64,000 bases of DNA from Balanoglossus misakiensis (lineage: Eukaryota > Animalia > Hemichordata). The notes under the pieces were generated by a model. It saw nothing but the letters and a program-made list of their open reading frames with translations, searched no databases and had not been told where the DNA came from. Made by a program: the position numbers and the translations under genes. The stretch lies in the NCBI GenBank assembly GCA_040954595.2, contig CM082595.2:5792137-5856136 (forward strand). The letters run 5' to 3'. Positions within the stretch are counted from its first letter, which is position 1. Each line of letters begins with the position of its first letter. Below, in pieces: positions 57,721 to 64,000 of the stretch.

Positions 57721-60700
57721 AGGAGGCTCGTGAAACCAGTCGTCTATCTAGGGAGTACGGAGTGCACTGTGCCATTCATACCAGCATTGCGTGTTGATAG
57801 TTTCAGCGAGGTGTTTGACACGAGATAAAACTCAAACTCTCTCCACGACTGGAATAAGCCGTCATCCTCAACAAGTACACACGCTATATTGTTACAAGCA
57901 AGCCAATTATTTGATTGTGTGCTTATCCGAAGAAGGTAAGTAGCTGCCATCAGCTTTCTTGTCACATGGCATGACAAATATGTTGTCGTCCACGTCCTGT
58001 CGGTCGTCTGGAACTATTCAAGTGTAGTAATATATTGCACAGAATTTGTTACAAATGATGTTTTAGTGTGTTCACTATATTCCCCATTGAAGCCAATCAG
58101 TTGACTCGTCACGAGAAAATACAGAATTGTGATACCCCTGCAACATTTCAAAATTTGCACAACTTAAATCGCACACATAGTGGAGCTGTAGGCCTATTAT
58201 TCCTATTCACTTCTGATGTGAGGAGAGATGGGGATGGAGGGTTTCTAACACGTCTTAGTTATGCCGAATTTGAAAACAAATGATAAAGGGCCTCTACGCC
58301 CTTTACGTTTGGGATAGTAGAGGTGATTAATATCGCCATTTTGTGTCGACGAAGATTGTACAATGTGTGAATACATTTTTCCGACAAACTACTGGCGTGC
58401 GTAAAACTTGATATAGAGAAGTTAAAATTTGCTGATCAGCTGCGATGCTTGTCAGATATACTTTATATCACAACAAGTATACCAACACACAGAATGAAGT
58501 GGTTGCCAATTCAGCTTGTGAACGAAACGCATTTAAAAAAAAATTGAAATTGAAACTACCAAACCCAGAGCTGAGGTTTATCAAATATTTACTCAACTAT
58601 ATTTACCATTTTGAAATTCAAAATTTTAAATCAAAATAGTCCTATGGGATTTTCGTGTTACTTTTATGGAGGTATACTCCTTAGAGATTTTGCTATATGC
58701 TGATTAACTGTTCATTTTACTTGTAACAGTAAAACATATTATTTATTGAAGTTAGTAGTTTGACATGAATTTACCTTGCAAAGCCGGCATGCTGCTCTGT
58801 TGTTATACAATGCCCAGGGATTTCCTCCATAATACGTGATTCATGCGCATAAGTCAGGCAATCCTCTCCATGTCTATACTACACTTGTAACGACCGTGGG
58901 AAGCTTTAGTCGAGGAGATTATTTCTTTCATTGACGTATAAATCTCCAACCAAACAGGGAACTTCTTAGAGTGACGAACCTGCGGAATCAAAGAATTGCA
59001 TATGTTCAATGACTACTAGATGGTATCACTAAAGAACCATGCACATCTACCGTATGTTTCACAAGTGGAACGCATTGCTGTCTTTTATCACCACATATAC
59101 GTTACATCATGTATTTACAGTGGACATGACTTCTTAAATGTAAAACCAGATAAGGCAAATGCGAGCAGCAACAGTTTATATTTATAATTTCTTATCTATG
59201 GCCTTCTCGTTTCACGACTTTATCACAGGTCAATCCATTGGCTTATGCAGTGCCATGTGGGACGGCCTAGTATACATGTATCATGGCATCCTTCATAATA
59301 AATGCAGTTCATCTGGTAGTCCATATTTCCATGGGGCAATCTTAGGTGAAGCATGTTATACATAGTTTTAGCGTCAAAGAGTTGCAAGTTGGCTTACCAG
59401 GAAAATTGGATTTGATGAACGTCTTCAAATGATCTGGGGGTCATAATTATATCATTCTAAACCAACCAACAAATCAACCGAATAGTATTGTCTGGTGCAG
59501 TTTTAAGCAATGATGGTTGTGGAATGATATGTTCTGTTTTGTTATTTCGTTATCCTTCATTCAAATTGAAGACTGGCCGTGGTGAGGCGTGTGTTAACTT
59601 ACGTACGTACGTACGTTTGCTTATGCACGTACGTACTTGCATGGCATTGCTTTCATCGGGGTGCGTCCGTCATTTAACCCTATACCACCACTCATAAAGA
59701 TGATAAGCCCGAACTTGGCGAGTTGGAAAGTGGACAAATGGGAATGTCAAACCTGTGAATCCCAGAAATTGAAATTGTAGAGTATGGTTCGCAACTACGC
59801 CTTTCTTATATTGTTTTCATATTTATTGTGTTATGAACAGAAGAATCCCCTAAAGGGAATCATTAAATGAAGATGATAAGAACGAAAATTAATCGGTCAT
59901 GCGACCATATGATTCTGCATACAGTAGGTTTTATGTAGGTCATTGAAATAAGGGTGTTACTGTGTAAATTCGACTCATCTGAATGTACGAAATATGTAAA
60001 TGATTAAGTCTGTGCCTTTTGCCTTCTTGTAACGTACTGATCTTCTATCTTGGATTATACGCGCCGGTACGCTTTTGGGCAAGCCGGCAATTTATTCACA
60101 ATTTCATACAAATGACGCCCGATGATGAACTTCCCTGGCGAAGGGCTCCTTGATAGCTCCCGCGATAAACATCGAACGAACCCGCAGCGAATTTGCTCTA
60201 TAAATCAAACGAACTGCAACCAGCGGAGATCTCCCGAGATGCCGGGCAATTTCACCGCGCCCGGCTTGCACGAGGCAGAGAAACATGAAGTCCCGGACGA
60301 TTCATTGAGATTTCGCTGACGTCGCCGGCAAATTGAGTCCAATTTGGTTGAAGGCATCGTAACCGATCATGACGATCATAATACGCGGCTATTTTCGTTG
60401 GTAATTGTGCGTAGCTTTTGTTCCAATCGGCACTGGTTGATTTGAGACATTGTGGACGGGTTTCCACCAATGAATAAATTGACTATTCACACTTATTTTA
60501 TGTTCGTTTAAATTGACCCAAGAATTTCTTCGCTGTAATTCTCTTACATATGTAAGTGTGCCACGTGGACCCCTTATTACCGCAATTGCATTGGCCACTT
60601 ATGCAAACCCGATGCGGCTCCCCGATGCGCCGTCGCACTGTTTCTTGCTCGTTAGAACCGAACGCGAAATTAGTCCTAAGGGGCGAATCTAGCCATTTAT

Positions 60701-63700
60701 GCTACTTACAGCCCAGCCAGCGCACTACTTGTATTATTTGGGTCTTGATTTATATCAAAAGAAAAATTCGCTTGTCCGTTACTACATCTTACAAATGTTG
60801 TGCCTAAATAACATTCGTCTGGAAAGTGACTAAATTCCGTGCCACACAACTTTCTTTCAGACAAACTTTTGTGATAGCACCAATATTTGTTGATCTATTA
60901 CTTGTATGTGACAATTTCTAAATATATCACATGCATTTTCTCGCAGAAAATTATGTGACATTTAAAGTCTGAATAATCTATACTAATAATACTATAAATA
61001 ATATTTGCTATAAATATTGACGCATAAATAGCAAAGCACCCGCATAAAGAGACTATTTTGCACGTCATATGTATGTTTACACTGTTTAAGGTGATTCAAA
61101 AGGGTTCCAATTGCCAGGTAACGGTTGCTAAGGACAATTGTCAAAAAAGGGAAAAAATGAGAAAGTATAAGACGATACAAATCTGGCAAAAGCATGTTTG
61201 TGCCGTTTGGCCAGTGACGTCACAGATATGTAAATGTTCACTTTAATTTTAAAATGACAGTGTCAGTTCCGATATGTGTGTACAGCATGGCAACATCGTC
61301 AATGATGCAGATCACTTCAGTAACGAGTGAAACATTAATTAGGCCTAATTTCGACGGAATGTCAATAGGTTTAACTGCAAAGTGACAAGGGGCCATGCTC
61401 CCCTTGATTGCCGCATGGATGTTCTTATTTGCGTCGTCTACCTAATTTTCACTTGAATGTGACCAAATGTGAAGTTTCTGCATTCAAATTGAATGACTCC
61501 CCCCCCCCCCGCATTGAGAACACTATTTCTTCTTCGCAGGCTTATATCTTACGGCAGGGATGTAGCTAATTTCCTGATTGGGGGGGGGGCTCCTAAATAG
61601 CAGGCGGGAAGTTCAGCGCAATTTCACAGCTATTATAATGTTGAACCATAGGGGCTTCCGGCACTGTCGAGGATTTTACCGGAGCTTCTTTTGGTGGGGA
61701 TAGGCAAACCACACGTATTCAAATATCGGAAACGTACAAACACCGACTTCCTCAAAAGTGCCCTCAAGTAAAATGGCCATTGAGTTACGTAGCTCGCTCC
61801 TCTGCAGCAAGAAAGAGACCAGCTGGATGAGACTATACAATTCCAGCTTGATGCGGATCTTACAATCACCTGCACCACTCTCAATTTCCATCTTGTATAA
61901 TTAACGGCAAAGAAACAAGATCGGACGAGACGATGTCATAAATACACATGTATAAACGACATTATCTGTTGTCGTTTCCAAAGATGAATGGGGCAAACTC
62001 TTGTTAATTGAGGACACTTATGCAATCAGTCAATGTGACGACATTTTAACTCTTTCCTAAGAACATTTATTAAAGTAACCCCCGGAGGTACTCACAGTTC
62101 TCGGACACGGGATTCTTGTACTTTTAAACGGTTGTAACTTCAGTTAAATACGGAACACCTGCAGAGGATATCCTGAAGCTACTTTGCAATCCAGTATACA
62201 TGAATGGCTTTGACCCGCGAAATGACAACCCGTCCTCTTGTTAAAAAATCAATGCGATTGACATTTCCTCGAATATACCTTGTCTATCAATGCACAGGAT
62301 TTTAGTCACTCGTCGGTAACCTATGTTACCTCGAAGACGTATCTTTCCTGTCTAATGAAAACTGTAAAAAGACCGGTTTCAAAACAGCTGGGAGGTAGAT
62401 TAGAATCCTGAATGCCTGATTGAATTAACTCGTGAACTGCAGGCAGTCACGCCTTTAATAGTGTCCCCGAAAATATCTACTACACGTCAGGATTAATCAT
62501 TGGAAATATTATGAAAAATCGCGATTTTAAATTTCTCGAACCCTGCTTAATTTTCCTTAGATTAGACGCTATGCCCGGTATTCTTCAACACGGGTTTTCG
62601 TTGACTCCACTTTGCGAGCGTATACTGTATCTTTCGAGTTCTGGAAGTGAATGTGTATGGCGCAAAAAGTGCGGAAGAGAGGTCGTTAATAATTAATTAT
62701 CTCGGAAATTCTCAGGTCAAAAGATTTCCCCATTGTCGCCGAATCATCTACTTAGAAAGTATAGAATATCCACTTTTTCGCTAATGCGTTTCGCTGAGCT
62801 CTGGCTTGACATCCATCGTACCGTTCGTCCATAAAATATTCATGCAGGTATAATGCAAGGGTGCTGCAAGCTAATCCCAGGACCAACGTGGTGTATTTGT
62901 ACGCGGGCGCTGTTTGCTAGTTTGTCATGGCAAAGAGAGCTAAAATGGTGATGAATTTGTCATGGCGAGTGAGTTTCAATCCTATTTGTTATGCAAACAG
63001 TTCATACATGTATTTTAACTCTCTCCATACTTTTTTATAATATAGAAATATCTGTCAAATGTCATTCGGAAAATGAGATTATCTGCCCACAAGATAAACA
63101 GCACCCACCCACCCACTCAGCAAGCCACCCCCTGTCCATCGTTTAGACTCGGAATAAAGGTAAAAAAAACTCACTGGTTGCAGCGACAAGGCAGCTTTAT
63201 CCAGTCCCCACTGAATTGCTTTTAAAGTTGGTCTTGTCGGTCATAAAGACATTACCAGGCATACATTATCATTGCGTAATTTGTTCAAACTTCATCCGAA
63301 AATCGGAATCATAATTGGCGCGGCAGCCCAGAGGTGGTCCTTCTGTTTATGAATTACAGCAAGGTTCGCCGAAAATAGACTGTTTATTCGGTTAAAGATG
63401 TCTTTAGTTGATAATTGAATTTATCAGACTATCCGTTGTGCATTAGAAATCCCTCAAACGCTGTTTCAGACGAAGGTACTGCTGACCGGAATAACAAACA
63501 ACATTGATCGAGGACGATTTTTCCTTTCAGTCTAACTATCTACTTATTTTTATATCTTTATTTAAGTAGTCTCTTTCGGCTACGAGTCTTACAACGTGAT
63601 CCAAAAAGATAGGCACATCACCGTTAATGATCTCTGAGATTTAATTATCATTCACAAATTGTGTGAAAATGTTTGTATATACGAAGTTATTTTAACGGAT

Positions 63701-64000
63701 TCATTATTTGTATTCGAATGTCCTTCTTTCTGACATTAGTCTTCTCGTCTGTCGTTGGTACTCTTTAACGGCATCGACACAGGGCGCCCTTTTACGGCGT
63801 CAATAAAGGCGTCGGTAAATCGTATTTCTGAACCCAAATGCAATTTGTCGAAATTGAATCATTCGGTGGTATAATTTCAGATTGCATACCACAATGCAGT
63901 CATTCCTTTGCACGAACACTTTAAATTGACGACTAAATTAAATTATGTGTTATAATATCAACATAATTACCTCTTTTTACTTATTATTGAGATTGTGGAT

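Noticed and set aside
61633-61891. Overlapping minus-strand ORFs with a possible donor site
   Set aside because: No recognisable domain and no partner exons found in the window.
1-64000. Prokaryotic-type systems (CRISPR arrays, operons, rRNA or tRNA genes)
   Set aside because: The window is eukaryotic intron-rich DNA. The tandem repeats have two copies and no unique spacers, and I recognised no structured RNA genes.

Overview
AT-rich, intron-containing animal genomic DNA. The repeat style suggests a marine invertebrate deuterostome, but that is inference only. The one convincing protein-coding gene is a + strand neprilysin-family (peptidase M13) type II membrane zinc metallopeptidase. I assembled it by hand from 21 coding exons (16415-39118, all GT-AG and phase-consistent, 2322 nt, 773 aa) with intact VNAFY, HEITH and GENIADNGG motifs, a CxVW terminus and 10 conserved Cys. 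The main finding is that the penultimate exon exists as two 77-nt, same-phase, divergent copies (37314-37390 and 37902-37978). This exon encodes the segment equivalent to human neprilysin 692-717 (S1' Trp, disulfide Cys, transition-state His, substrate-binding Arg), so the pair looks like mutually exclusive exons that swap part of the active site. Around them are a 281-nt AG-free zone with distant branch points, a helix that could mask the exon A donor, and competing pairings flanking exon B. The rest of the window is non-coding, with MITE-like elements, inverted and tandem repeats and microsatellites. Most entries in the ORF track are spurious.
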